A stretch of 64,000 nucleotides of DNA from a bacterium (GCA_963693015.1 OY843748.1:7449-71448); one strand, 5' to 3'. Counted from the first letter of the stretch, positions 48,768 to 59,066 are shown. Translations and numbers: made by a program. The notes: generated from the letters alone by a model not told the origin.

Positions 48768-49187
48768 ATGACCGTGCAGAGATTCTCCATAGCGACGATT
48801 ACCGGCGGCGTCTCGGTGTTGATGCTCGGGATTATGTCGAACGGGCTGTTCGCCGACGTGTTCAGCGGATACGCGGTGGTTTCGACCGAGATCATATACC
48901 GGGACAGCCCGGCCGTTCCGTCCATCATCCTGGGCGCCCTGGCCATGGGCGCGTTGCTGACCGTCTTACTCGGTTGCTGGACGGGCCACACCGGCGCGGC
49001 GAAAGCCCTGGGCACCAGCGCGGTCTTCGGATTGCTGCTCCACCTTTTCCTGGGCATGAGCTTATTCGGCATGACCAACATGCTGAACCTCACCGGCGCC
49101 CTCATCAAGGTGGTCATCGATACGGTTCAGGTGGCGGCGTCGGGAATGGCGGTAGGCGCCGTGCTTGGCCGCGGCCGGCAGACCTAG
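48768..49187 (+). CDS. hypothetical 4-TM membrane protein (paralog of the upstream gene)
   Basis: Shared pattern GCW.G....A....(T/S)AVFG.L..LG.SL..G..N.(M/L)NL. Confidence 0.72.
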   Translation: MTVQRFSIATITGGVSVLMLGIMSNGLFADVFSGYAVVSTEIIYRDSPAVPSIILGALAMGALLTVLLGCWTGHTGAAKALGTSAVFGLLLHLFLGMSLFGMTNMLNLTGALIKVVIDTVQVAASGMAVGAVLGRGRQT

Positions 49188-49230
49188 CCGCACCATCTCC
49201 CATCTCCAGCCAGCCATCCCCCGGTTCTCT

Positions 49231-50211
49231 ATGTATACACCGATAGCCGCCACGGCCCTCCGCACGGGCGAAACGTTGGAAATCGGCGTCGTCCTGGCGC
49301 CCGATGACGGCTATGCACCGCTCGTTCGGCCGATTCTCGCACACAAATCGGACAACGAACAATGGCACCTCGACGAGGTATTCGCCGGGCGGGTCAATCC
49401 CCTGGAAACGCGGTTCTACCTCGGCCGCGTGAACGAACGCCCGGTATGCAACGTCATGGTCAGCGAGCACGGCGGAATCGGCATCGTGAGCCATGTATAT
49501 ACCGTGCCGGAACACCGCCGCAAGGGTATAGCGCGGCGGGTCATGGCCGGACAGATGGCCGATTTCAATGACCGGGGCGGCCGGTACCTGACGCTGTCCA
49601 CGGTCTACGATACCCATCCCTACCATCTTTACCATAGCTTCGGGTTCCGGAGCGTCGTCCAGGGATCGGGTCACATGAAGTATATCAGGAACGCTGCGTT
49701 CGAGGCGCAGCAGTTTCGGGAAGACGAGGCTCGCGTGGTCCCCGGAGACTGGAGAAGCTGGCCGTCGCTGAACGTGCTCTGCGCCCTGGACGGCCCCCCG
49801 TACGTCCGCAACGTGGGGCTGGGACACATCGGGCCGCGCATGTTCGAGGGGGCCTACCTGGGGCTGATGAAGCTTGCGCGGGAAGATACCGATCACCAGG
49901 TCCGGCTGCTGGCCACGGACCGCGGGGCGGTCACGGGGTACGCGACCCTGGTGCCGGACACCCGGTGGCGCGGGGAGATCTGCCTCCTCGACCTGTTCGT
50001 TCATCCGGCGTTCACGGCGTACTGGGGACCGTTGCTGGACTCGTTCTCCCTGCCGGCGGAACGAAAAGTCCAGTGCCACGTCGAGTCGGGCGATACGATG
50101 AAGGGCGCGGCACTGCAGGACGCGGGGTTCATCCGAGAGGCCACGCTCCGGAAGCAGTTCAAAGCGGCTGGCCGGTTAATGGACGTCGAGGTCTACGCGC
50201 GGTATGCCTAG
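49231..50211 (+). CDS. tandem-domain GNAT N-acetyltransferase
   Basis: VYTVPEHRRKGIA acetyl-CoA motif; LYHSFGF; second GNAT-like half. Confidence 0.82.
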   Translation: MYTPIAATALRTGETLEIGVVLAPDDGYAPLVRPILAHKSDNEQWHLDEVFAGRVNPLETRFYLGRVNERPVCNVMVSEHGGIGIVSHVYTVPEHRRKGIARRVMAGQMADFNDRGGRYLTLSTVYDTHPYHLYHSFGFRSVVQGSGHMKYIRNAAFEAQQFREDEARVVPGDWRSWPSLNVLCALDGPPYVRNVGLGHIGPRMFEGAYLGLMKLAREDTDHQVRLLATDRGAVTGYATLVPDTRWRGEICLLDLFVHPAFTAYWGPLLDSFSLPAERKVQCHVESGDTMKGAALQDAGFIREATLRKQFKAAGRLMDVEVYARYA

Positions 50212-50321
50212 TCCGGCTCCCCGCATGATGTACGCACGGCATGCCTGGTCCGGCTCCCGCATGATGTACGCGCGGCATGCCTGGCTCGTTTTCCCGCATG
50301 ATGTACGCGCGGCATGCCTGG
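50194..50321 (+). repeat. ~37-bp tandem repeat (3.5 copies) seeded by the GNAT gene 3' end
   Basis: tacgc(g/a)cgg(t/c)atgcct(a/g)g units at 50194, 50231, 50267, 50304; the first contains the TAG stop. Confidence 0.9.
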
Positions 50322-50338
50322 CCTGCTGCCTGCTGGAA

Positions 50339-51754
50339 TCAGTCCGCGCTGCCATCGCTCAGCCTCTTCAACGTCTTTTCGTGGATCCCGCCGAAGCCCC
50401 CGTTGCTCATGAACACGATCCGGTCGCCCGGCGCCGCCTGTCCGGCCAGGTGCGAAACGATCCGTTCCACGCTTTCCATGGCGTCGGCCTCCAGACCCCG
50501 GCCGCGCAGTCCTTCCACCAGTTCGTCCGCTGAAAAACGGTTGCCGTCGGGGGCTTTTTCGGGCAGGAAGACCGGCGCGATCAACACGCGGTCCGCGTCG
50601 TCGAAGGCGGCGACATAGGCCTCCTGGAAGGTGCGGCGTATGGTCGTGGCCGAACGGGGTTCGAAGACGGCCCAGATTCGCCGGTCCGGACAGGCGCCCC
50701 GGAGCGCCTCCAGCGTCGCCTTGACGGCCGTGGGGTGATGGGCGAAGTCGTCGTAGACCGTGATCCCCTTCACTTCGCCCCGCACTTCGAGCCGTCGCTT
50801 CACACCGGGGAAGGTCTCCAGGCCCCGCGCCATATCCGGCCAGTCTACCCCGTAATGCCGCGCGGCGGCCACCACCGCCAGGGCGTTCATGACGTTGTGG
50901 GCGCCGGGTTGACGAATGGACAGGCGGGAGACGCGCCTATCCCCTTCAAAGAGGTCGAAAGAGGAGCCGCCGGGGTGGACGGAAACGTCTCGCGCGGACC
51001 ACCGCGCGCCTGGCGACGCGCCCAGGGTATGGACGGCGCAGAATGCCCGGGACGCGAGTGCCCGGACGCGCTCGTCGTCCGCCGGGCCGATCAACAGTCC
51101 GTTTTCGGGTATGACGTTGACCAGCCTCCTGAAAGAAAGCACGATCTCGTCGAGGGAATCGTAGATGTCCGCGTGATCGAATTCGATATTGTTGATGATC
51201 ACCGTATCGGGCAGGTAATGCAGGAACTTCGCCCGCTTGTCGAAGAAGGCGCTGTCGTACTCGTCCCCTTCCAGGATGAACAGGTCGCCCGACCCCAGGC
51301 GCGCGCCGGTCTGCCAGCCGACGGGCACCCCGCCGATGATGTAGCTGGGATCCCGGCCGGCCTCGGTGAGCACCCAGGCGAGCATCGCCGTCGTAGTCGT
51401 CTTGCCATGGGTTCCCGCCACCACGACCGGTTTACGGTCCCACAGGAAGAAGGACTTGAGCGTCTCCGGCATGGAAGCGTGCCGGATCTTCCGTTCCAGG
51501 ACGGCCTCGGCCTCGGGGTTGCCGCGCGAGACCGCGTTGCCTATGACCACGAGGTCCGGCCGAGGCTCCAGGTTGGATGCGGCAAAACCCCTGAATACGG
51601 GTATCTGCTGCTCCGAAAGCACCGTGCTCATGGGAGGATAGACGTTTTCGTCGCTTCCGGTTACCCGGTGTCCGAGGGACTTGAGCATTACGGCGAGGGC
51701 GCCCATGCCCGTACCGCAGATGGCCACGAGATGGATATGAAGCGGTCGGGGCAT
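50339..51754 (-). CDS. mpl: murein peptide ligase (MurC/Mpl family)
   Basis: ICGTGMGALA, YPPMS, GTHGKTTT, EGDEYDSAFFDKR, DDFAHHPTA, MSNGGFGGIH. Confidence 0.92.
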   Translation of the reverse strand: MPRPLHIHLVAICGTGMGALAVMLKSLGHRVTGSDENVYPPMSTVLSEQQIPVFRGFAASNLEPRPDLVVIGNAVSRGNPEAEAVLERKIRHASMPETLKSFFLWDRKPVVVAGTHGKTTTTAMLAWVLTEAGRDPSYIIGGVPVGWQTGARLGSGDLFILEGDEYDSAFFDKRAKFLHYLPDTVIINNIEFDHADIYDSLDEIVLSFRRLVNVIPENGLLIGPADDERVRALASRAFCAVHTLGASPGARWSARDVSVHPGGSSFDLFEGDRRVSRLSIRQPGAHNVMNALAVVAAARHYGVDWPDMARGLETFPGVKRRLEVRGEVKGITVYDDFAHHPTAVKATLEALRGACPDRRIWAVFEPRSATTIRRTFQEAYVAAFDDADRVLIAPVFLPEKAPDGNRFSADELVEGLRGRGLEADAMESVERIVSHLAGQAAPGDRIVFMSNGGFGGIHEKTLKRLSDGSAD

Positions 51755-51756
51755 GG

Positions 51757-53736
51757 TCAGGGCATCGGGGGATGGTGCTCGGTCAGTTCCCGGATCTTAC
51801 GGCGTACGGCGTCGTTATTGAAGTGGTCGGGATGGGAAAGGAGCAGGGTCTCGTATTCCGCGAGCGCCTGGGGAATATCGCCGATCTTCGTTTCGAAGAT
51901 TCCGGCAATTCGCCGCCGGGCGGCGACCACGCGGCGGCTGTCCGGGTGTCTTTCGATCAGGTCGCGCAGGGCCGCGACGGCCTGGTACGGCTTCCCGATG
52001 CGATCCAGGATCATACCGATATCCAGGATGACCGTATCCACGATCAGGCTTTCCGGGTGTTCCTCGACGAACTTCTTGCAGGCTTCCAGGGCTTCCCGGT
52101 CCCTGAACTGACGTCGCAGCAGCACCGAACGGATATACCCGGCAAATGAAGGGTCTCCGCCCTGTCGGCCTTCCGCGATCAGGATGGTCCACTCCAGCGC
52201 GTCGTTGGCATAGGGGCTGTCCGTATAGCGATCGGCCGTTTCGTGGAACCGCTCGAGGGCATCGTCCAATCGCCCCTGGAAGAGCGCCAGTTCACCCAGA
52301 TGGAATGCCGTCCGTGCCTGGGTTTCGGCTTCCGGGAACCCGGATCCGGGTTCCCGGATGCGTTGGTACTGGGCGAGCGCGTCTTCCAGGCTGCCGAGGA
52401 CGACGTAACTCTCCGCGACGCCGAACACGGCTCTATCCCTGTACTCCGACGCAGGCGCGTAGGCCAGAAGCGACCGGTACGTGTCGAGGGCCTGTCGCGC
52501 GTTCCGGAAATGGGCGAGGTAGAGACCCGCCAGACGGAACATCGCTTCTTCACGGTGCCTGGTCTCCGGATACCGCGCTATGGTCTCCCGGTACGTTTCG
52601 GCGGCCTGGTCCATACTGCCGGCCTTTTGGAAGGCCCTGGCGAGGCCGTTGGATGCTTCGGCGCGCGTGGTATCCGACGCGGACTGACGGATCAGCTCCC
52701 GATAGGTATCGATGGCGTCTTGCGTATGTCCTTCCCGCAGCGCCCATTCGGCGAACCGGACCAGGTATGTGCCGCTGGACCCGTCCAACCGGTCGGCTTC
52801 GCGGTACTCGGCCAGCGCCTCCGCGGGTTTGTCGTATCGGAGAAAGAAGCTTCCGAGGAGATTGCGGGCGTCCTTGCTGTCGCGGTGTTCCGATACCGCC
52901 TTGCGCAGCGTCCGTTCCACGAGTTCCCGGCCTCCCAGCACGGCGAGTTGATCGATCCGGTCGCTGACCACGCCTTGCTGCCGGGGATTCAGGGTCAGCC
53001 ACCGAACGTATTCCCGGACGGCGCCCGGTACGTCGAACGCACTGGTATAGAAACTGGCGAGACCAAGGGCAAAGGCATCCGGTCTGCCCAGTCTCTGCCG
53101 CCCCGAAAGGTAGGTTTGAATAGCCCGGTCGTAGGCTTGCAAGTTGTAGTGCAGAAACGCGATCTCGTGTACGGCCGCTACGCTCTCCGGAAACAGATCC
53201 AGGAGGATTCGGATCTGTTCTTCCGCTTCGGCGTCCCGGTCTGTTTTGAAGAGTGCCTCGGCGAGCCTGCCGCGGAATCTGATGTCATCGGGCGATCGCC
53301 GTATATGGGTTTCGAGCAAAGGGATCGCCTTGTCGAACGCTTCCAGCCGAAAGTACATCCGAAGGACGCCATTGAGGGCGGATCCGTTGTCCGGGGCCTC
53401 CTGCAGTATGCTTTCATATATGGCGGTTGCCTGGTCATACTGCCGGAGACGTTCCAGCGTCCTGGCCTGCTCGACCCGCCGGTCCAGATCGGCGGATCGG
53501 CTGTTCTGCCCCTCCGCACCCGGTGGGACGAGAAACAGCGCCATCATAAACGCGACGAATAATCCGCTTGCGCGGGCAGCGCGTCCAAGGCGGGCAGCGC
53601 GTCCGATGCGGGCAGCGCGTCTGATCGGCGCATCGCGTCCAAGGCCGGCATCGCGTCCGATGCGGGCAGCGCGTCCGATGCGGGCAGCGCGTCTGATCGG
53701 CGCATCGCGCCGGTACGTTTCCGAGCAGAGATTCAC
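51757..53736 (-). CDS. secreted tetratricopeptide repeat protein
   Basis: Many TPR-like helices; GTG start overlaps upstream TGA; signal-like hydrophobic stretch after repeats. Confidence 0.85.
   Translation of the reverse strand: MNLCSETYRRDAPIRRAARIGRAARIGRDAGLGRDAPIRRAARIGRAARLGRAARASGLFVAFMMALFLVPPGAEGQNSRSADLDRRVEQARTLERLRQYDQATAIYESILQEAPDNGSALNGVLRMYFRLEAFDKAIPLLETHIRRSPDDIRFRGRLAEALFKTDRDAEAEEQIRILLDLFPESVAAVHEIAFLHYNLQAYDRAIQTYLSGRQRLGRPDAFALGLASFYTSAFDVPGAVREYVRWLTLNPRQQGVVSDRIDQLAVLGGRELVERTLRKAVSEHRDSKDARNLLGSFFLRYDKPAEALAEYREADRLDGSSGTYLVRFAEWALREGHTQDAIDTYRELIRQSASDTTRAEASNGLARAFQKAGSMDQAAETYRETIARYPETRHREEAMFRLAGLYLAHFRNARQALDTYRSLLAYAPASEYRDRAVFGVAESYVVLGSLEDALAQYQRIREPGSGFPEAETQARTAFHLGELALFQGRLDDALERFHETADRYTDSPYANDALEWTILIAEGRQGGDPSFAGYIRSVLLRRQFRDREALEACKKFVEEHPESLIVDTVILDIGMILDRIGKPYQAVAALRDLIERHPDSRRVVAARRRIAGIFETKIGDIPQALAEYETLLLSHPDHFNNDAVRRKIRELTEHHPPMP
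53568..53711 (-). repeat. 18-bp in-frame repeats (8 units) encoding RAARIG-like hexapeptides
   Basis: gcgggcagcgcgtccgat-type units; protein RDAPIR RAARIG RAARIG RDAGLG RDAPIR RAARIG RAARLG RAARAS. Confidence 0.9.
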
Positions 53737-56700
53737 GGCCGCCCCTGGCTCACCGCCGGTACGTTTGAAAGGGCGCGGAAATAGGCACGTATGAGTTCTT
53801 CGTATTCACGGGGATAGCCACCTTCTCCGACGCCACGCAGGATGTCCTCGCGCAGCACGCGGTCGAGCCGGATCAGATCGTCCGGCAGGTCGTCCGGCGA
53901 AGGACGGTTCGCAACGTCCTCACCCGGTGCGGCCCGCCGCCGGTCCTCGCGTTTCTGACCTCGAATGGACCGTGAGGCGTCCAATAGCCTGGACAGGATC
54001 CGTTGCTGGCGCTGCGCCACCGCGGGGTCGATCCGATACTGTTGCAGCTCACGTACCGTCTCTTCCATCTCTCTTTCGATTTCCTGTAGCCGGCCAAGTA
54101 TCTGGTCCTGCTGATCCCGCTGCTCCCGCCGCAGTTGTTCGAGGCTTTTGCGCAACGCTTCCTGCCTGGCCGCCAGCCGGGATACCTGGGCCTGCGTCTC
54201 CAGGTCCATTCTGCCGTTCGACGTCTTCATCATCCGGCTCATCTCGTCGTTGATTCCGGTCTGTTGCCGCGCCATGCCGCGCAGGCGTTCGATAAGATCC
54301 ATCATGCCGGAGGACGATCCGGAGTTCGCCATGTTCCGCATGGCCCGCTGCAAAGCCAGCACGGTTTCGTTCAGGGATTTCATGGCGGCCAGTTGCTCCT
54401 CCGAGGCCGTATCGCGTTCTTGTTCGGCCAGGTGGCCCTCCGCGCGTTGCATGCTGTTCAGCGCTTCCCCCAGCGCCCGGCCGATGGCAGGCGAGATGAA
54501 CAGGGTCTTCTGGGCAATGGAAACGATGTCGTTGGCGGCAAGCGACGCCCCATTCAGGAGTCCTTTCTGATCCTCGGCAAGCAAAGCTATCCGGGTGTCG
54601 GCGCCGCCCGGGTCGCGTGTGCGGCCGTTGAGGGTCTCCTGGCTTACGGAGAGATCGACGAGTCGGTGCATGGCCCGGCGCATTTCCCCGGCGATTTCCC
54701 GCATCTGGCCTTCCTGGAGCTGGTCCTGGATCTCCTGCAACTGCTGATTGAGACCGGAAAGCGCCTGGGACATGTCCCGCTGGCCTTCCATCGCCTGTTG
54801 CATCCTGCCGGCTTTCAACTGTCTGGAGATCTGATCCATGTTTCGCGTCAATTCCTGCCGGTCCATTTCTCCGGCCGCCTCGCGCACGCTTTCTGCGGGC
54901 ATATCCCGGACCGCTTCCATGGCGCGGGCCAGCCTTTCCAGGTCCTGCCGCAGGGCGCCCGTCTCCCCGCCCAACTGCTGTTGCTTTTTCGCAAGTTCCT
55001 CGCCCGCTTCACTGTCCGACGTGTTCTCCGTTGCATAGCGCAACTCGTCCTGACGCACAGCGAGGTCCTGGGCCTGTCGGACGGCAGCCGTCAAAAGCTG
55101 CTCTGCCCGAATGCGTTTCAGAATGGCCAGGCTGCGCTCCAGACGTCTCAAAAACTCCTCCTGCTCGAATTCGAACGCCTCCATCGACTCCTTCAGCTGC
55201 TCGTTTTCGAACGACTGCAGGGCCTGTTTCAGTTCCTGCATGGCTTTTAAGAGTTCGGGGGTGGCGATCTCCTGAAACAGCTTCCTGAGCTGATCCATTC
55301 TGTCGATGAGTTCCTGGCTCGGCGAATCGTGGTCTTCCAGTCTTTCCATGGATGCCTTCACCGCTTCGGCTGCTCTGAGGAGCTCGTCAGCCGCCTGTTC
55401 CTGGCCGGCCAGAACGGATTCGATCTCCTTTTTCTGCTCCCAGGTCAGTTCCTGCGCTTGATTCCCGTCGGCTTCTTTCCTCGCCTTCTGCTCGAGGGTC
55501 CGGTTCAGTTCTTCGATCTTCTCTTTCGCTTCTTCCTGCGCTTCCAGCATGTCCTCCATGTCCGCAACCTGCTGCTCCTGCGCATCGTCGATCTGGTCGT
55601 AGATCTCTTCTAACGAAGGGAACCGAAGCGTGTAGGTTCGGCTCACCGCCCGCTTCGGCCCCGATATCGTGTCGTTGTCGTACAGTTCCATCCGGTAGGA
55701 GACCATGTCCCCGGGGAACAGGTTCTCATTGGAAAGATCCCATACGAAAGGCTGCGACATTACCGTGGATTCCGGGTCCACGGGGATGGACCTGATCCGT
55801 TCCTCGCCGCCGGGTTCCTTTCGGTAGAGCAGGTTCATTCCGGAGAACCCGAAGTCGTCCGTGCCGGTTACCAGAAATGAAACGATCATGTTTTCCGTGA
55901 GGTCGGTATCTCGTCCCGGCGAAAGGATGCGAAGAGACGGCGCGCGGTCCGGCAGCGCAATGATCCGGTACCAGGGGGGATTCGCGTTTTCGCGACCTTC
56001 CGCGTTACGTAACGTGACGCGGTATCGCTGATCGGTCTTCACGGTGAGAGATCCCGTGGCCGTATCGTCCACGACCGTCATGGCCGCCGGTCCGTCGGCG
56101 TTCTCCAGATAGAGCGCCGCTTCGAAGAGGTTCCGGCTCGCATCCGCGGCGGCCAGGTCCACCCGGGTTCCCCTCAGTGCGACGATGTCTCCCCCTTGAG
56201 CCGTGGTCTTCGGATCCAGTCTCGTGTAGGCGGGATAATGATAGGTCAGACGCAGAGACCCGAGGAAGGGGCGATCGATGGCGTTTATGCGAAACGGACG
56301 GCTGACGGCGTCGCCGGCTTCGACTTCGTAGGTCAGGCTTTCGCTGATTTCGAGCAGGGTATGGGCGTACGACGCCGGCCCCGAGGCCGTCATGTCGAAT
56401 GAGCTCCACCGCGCCCCGTCCGCGCGCGCCCCGTCCGCGGCCAGACGCAGCACGGCCCGGTCGGGTATCTCGCCGGTCGCTTCGGCCGTTATGGTGACCT
56501 GGTCGCCCGGCGTTACTTCGACGTCTCCCGGCAGGACACGCAGGAAGGTGCGTTGCGGAGGCTGGAAATGGGTGAGGGGGCTTGCCAGCCGGTTCAGGGC
56601 GCCGGAAAGCGGCGCGCCATAGGCGGTCATCGCAAAGAGGACGAGCAGCGCCGCCATGCCGAATCCCCTGGCGGAGCGGACGATGCGGTATCTCTGATCT

Positions 56701-57143
56701 GCCGCGTTGAAATCCACCGACCGGGTCTGTTCCGCGGCGTCCGCTATGGCCGCGTCCAGGAGCGCGGGGGAGGCTCCGGAGCCCGCCTCCCGCTGCCGGG
56801 AGAGTTGCACGGCCACGGTGACCCTGTCGTTCAAGCCCGGGTACTGTCGATCGACCCGACGCGCGAGATCCTGGTCGGTCGTATCGCTTCTGAAGCGCCC
56901 GATGAAGCGCCGGCCCAACACGGCCGCGAGGAGGACGAAGCACGTCGAGACGAGGGCCAGGCGAACCGCTGGCGCGAGATACAGGAAGGATTCGAGGACA
57001 GCCAGGGAAAGCGCGAGGATGCAAACCAGCGCGCCCGCGGTGAACACCCCTTCGACCGCGACGACCCAACGGCTGCGGATTCGAAGTACGCGAAGCCGGT
57101 CTCTCAGCGCGTGCCAGGCGGAAGGGGAAGATTTACTCGGCAC
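53733..57143 (-). CDS. large membrane-anchored coiled-coil protein (DUF4175-like)
   Basis: N-terminal TMs, Ig-like region (YPAYT, DDFG), long Q/E/M-rich coiled coil, YP.EYEELIRAYF end. Confidence 0.8.
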   Translation of the reverse strand: MPSKSSPSAWHALRDRLRVLRIRSRWVVAVEGVFTAGALVCILALSLAVLESFLYLAPAVRLALVSTCFVLLAAVLGRRFIGRFRSDTTDQDLARRVDRQYPGLNDRVTVAVQLSRQREAGSGASPALLDAAIADAAEQTRSVDFNAADQRYRIVRSARGFGMAALLVLFAMTAYGAPLSGALNRLASPLTHFQPPQRTFLRVLPGDVEVTPGDQVTITAEATGEIPDRAVLRLAADGARADGARWSSFDMTASGPASYAHTLLEISESLTYEVEAGDAVSRPFRINAIDRPFLGSLRLTYHYPAYTRLDPKTTAQGGDIVALRGTRVDLAAADASRNLFEAALYLENADGPAAMTVVDDTATGSLTVKTDQRYRVTLRNAEGRENANPPWYRIIALPDRAPSLRILSPGRDTDLTENMIVSFLVTGTDDFGFSGMNLLYRKEPGGEERIRSIPVDPESTVMSQPFVWDLSNENLFPGDMVSYRMELYDNDTISGPKRAVSRTYTLRFPSLEEIYDQIDDAQEQQVADMEDMLEAQEEAKEKIEELNRTLEQKARKEADGNQAQELTWEQKKEIESVLAGQEQAADELLRAAEAVKASMERLEDHDSPSQELIDRMDQLRKLFQEIATPELLKAMQELKQALQSFENEQLKESMEAFEFEQEEFLRRLERSLAILKRIRAEQLLTAAVRQAQDLAVRQDELRYATENTSDSEAGEELAKKQQQLGGETGALRQDLERLARAMEAVRDMPAESVREAAGEMDRQELTRNMDQISRQLKAGRMQQAMEGQRDMSQALSGLNQQLQEIQDQLQEGQMREIAGEMRRAMHRLVDLSVSQETLNGRTRDPGGADTRIALLAEDQKGLLNGASLAANDIVSIAQKTLFISPAIGRALGEALNSMQRAEGHLAEQERDTASEEQLAAMKSLNETVLALQRAMRNMANSGSSSGMMDLIERLRGMARQQTGINDEMSRMMKTSNGRMDLETQAQVSRLAARQEALRKSLEQLRREQRDQQDQILGRLQEIEREMEETVRELQQYRIDPAVAQRQQRILSRLLDASRSIRGQKREDRRRAAPGEDVANRPSPDDLPDDLIRLDRVLREDILRGVGEGGYPREYEELIRAYFRALSNVPAVSQGRP

Positions 57144-57213
57144 GGTCAGTCCTTGGCGTTCTCCGGCCCGGCAGGCGTGATATGCGGTCCGGCGTTGCCA
57201 TCATCGAAACAGG

Positions 57214-58836
57214 TCACTGCTGCACCAGCATCTCGTGGGAGTAAAACAGCTGCCTGGCCTGCTGGAGTTGTTCGTCTCCGGCCGCCGCCACGCGGCTGGC
57301 TTCCTCGTCCCCCCAGAGATTTCGGGCAAGAGACCGCTTCAGTTGAAGTTCGATGACGTCCCGGTCGGCGTTGAATTCTTCGTCCGCGAAAGCTATGCCC
57401 GAATCCCGGACCTGGGCCTTGAACGCTTCCAGCATGGCGTCGTCGATTTCGAACTCGTTCAGGAAGGTGTCGAAGTCGTCCTTGAGATCCTGCCGGGTCG
57501 CGCCGTAGACGTTCGCGAACTCGAAACAGGCCCGGTCGAAAGGTACCCAGCCCCGGTACTTGCCGATTACGAAGGGGTACTGGCGTTTCGGCGTCTTGAG
57601 CAGTACGTCGGGAGATATGCCGCCGTCTCCGTAGACCGTGCGCCCCGTGGCGGTGGTGAATTCCGGGCGTTCCGCTTCTGATGCGGAATCCCCGTCGTTC
57701 GCCGCTTCGCCGGGTTCGGTGAAGGATCCTTCGATGTATTCCTCGAAGGACTTGTTCCTGTAGTCTCGCTGGATCATGCGTCCGCTTGGCGTGTAGTACC
57801 GGGCCGTCGTCAGTTTGAGCGCGGACCCGTCCGTCAGGTGCGGTTCCGCGAAGAGGGTCTGCACAAGGCCCTTGCCGAAGCTGCGGGTTCCGGCAATCAC
57901 GCCCCGGTCCCAGTCCTGAACGGCGCCGGCCACGATTTCGGATGCCGAGGCGGAGCGATGGTCCAGTAGAATCACCAGGGGCATGCCGCGGTGGTTCACG
58001 CCGCTCAGCGACTTGAACGTCTGGTTCGAACCCCTGTTCCTGCCCTTGGTCTTTACGATCACGTGGCCCTCGGGAATGAATTTGCTCGACACCTCCACCG
58101 CCTGGTCCAGATAGCCGCCCGAATTGCCTCTCAAATCGAGAATCAGCCGCTCCATGCCGTCCTGCCGGAGATCGTCCAGCGCGCCTTCCAGTTCGCGTGA
58201 AGTAGTTTTGGCGAACCGGATCAACTGGATATATCCCGTATGGTCCTCCAGCATGATGGCCGTCCGAACGCTGCGTATGGGGATGCGGTCGCGGGTAATC
58301 GTCACGTCGAACCGCTCCGCTACGCCGGGCCGCTCGATGGTGACGTCCACCTCGGTCCCCTTCTCTCCACGCAGCTTCTGCCTTACTTCGTCGTGCTTGA
58401 TGCCGATCGCGGATTCTCCGTCGATCCTGACGATACGATCTCCGGACTGCAGTCCAACGGCCTCCGACGGCGATTCGTCGATCACGGAGATCACGTACAG
58501 GAATCCGTCCAGCACGTCGAACTCGATGCCGATGCCGTAGAACTTTCCGCTGAAGCGCTCTCCCATTTCGGCAAAACTCTCTTTGCTCAGGAAACTGGAA
58601 TGGGGATCGAGTACCTCGAGCATGCCGTCGATTGCGGCGTAGATCAACTCGCCGGGCTCTACCTCCTCCACGTAGTTTTCGTTGACCAGGCTGAGCACGC
58701 CCATCAGGAGCTTGGTGCTGGTATAGATGTTGTCTGCCGCGTGTATCGTCCTGTCGGCCGCGCTTCCCAGCAGGAACGAACCGACCGCGACACAGACCAG
58801 CAGGATGACGTATTTCGGCTTCTTCAAGGTCGACAT
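57214..58836 (-). CDS. S41 family C-terminal processing peptidase (PDZ)
   Basis: LDPHS, GIGI PDZ, LDLRGNSGG, SASASEIVAGA, FGKG.VQ. Confidence 0.93.
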   Translation of the reverse strand: MSTLKKPKYVILLVCVAVGSFLLGSAADRTIHAADNIYTSTKLLMGVLSLVNENYVEEVEPGELIYAAIDGMLEVLDPHSSFLSKESFAEMGERFSGKFYGIGIEFDVLDGFLYVISVIDESPSEAVGLQSGDRIVRIDGESAIGIKHDEVRQKLRGEKGTEVDVTIERPGVAERFDVTITRDRIPIRSVRTAIMLEDHTGYIQLIRFAKTTSRELEGALDDLRQDGMERLILDLRGNSGGYLDQAVEVSSKFIPEGHVIVKTKGRNRGSNQTFKSLSGVNHRGMPLVILLDHRSASASEIVAGAVQDWDRGVIAGTRSFGKGLVQTLFAEPHLTDGSALKLTTARYYTPSGRMIQRDYRNKSFEEYIEGSFTEPGEAANDGDSASEAERPEFTTATGRTVYGDGGISPDVLLKTPKRQYPFVIGKYRGWVPFDRACFEFANVYGATRQDLKDDFDTFLNEFEIDDAMLEAFKAQVRDSGIAFADEEFNADRDVIELQLKRSLARNLWGDEEASRVAAAGDEQLQQARQLFYSHEMLVQQ

Positions 58837-59037
58837 GGGGTCAGACTCCTTCATCCTGGTCTGCTGTCCGGAATCCAATCGGGTTCGCATCCGGGTTCGC
58901 GCCGGAATCGTCTTACCGGAAGTATGGCAAGGGGAGGTCCTTCATCGAAACGAAACACCTACGTAATACTAACGCGAAAACGTTCGATGTCAATGGTTTT
59001 CGGGCAATTGCGTCGCGCTGTTTTCTCAGTTCCCGCC

Positions 59038-59066
59038 TTGACACTTCCCTTGCTTTTCTGTATTTT
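59038..59066 (+). promoter_or_regulatory. sigma70-type promoter upstream of purD
   Basis: TTGACA-17 bp-TATTTT; a divergent TTGACA on the minus strand at 58988-58993. Confidence 0.6.
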
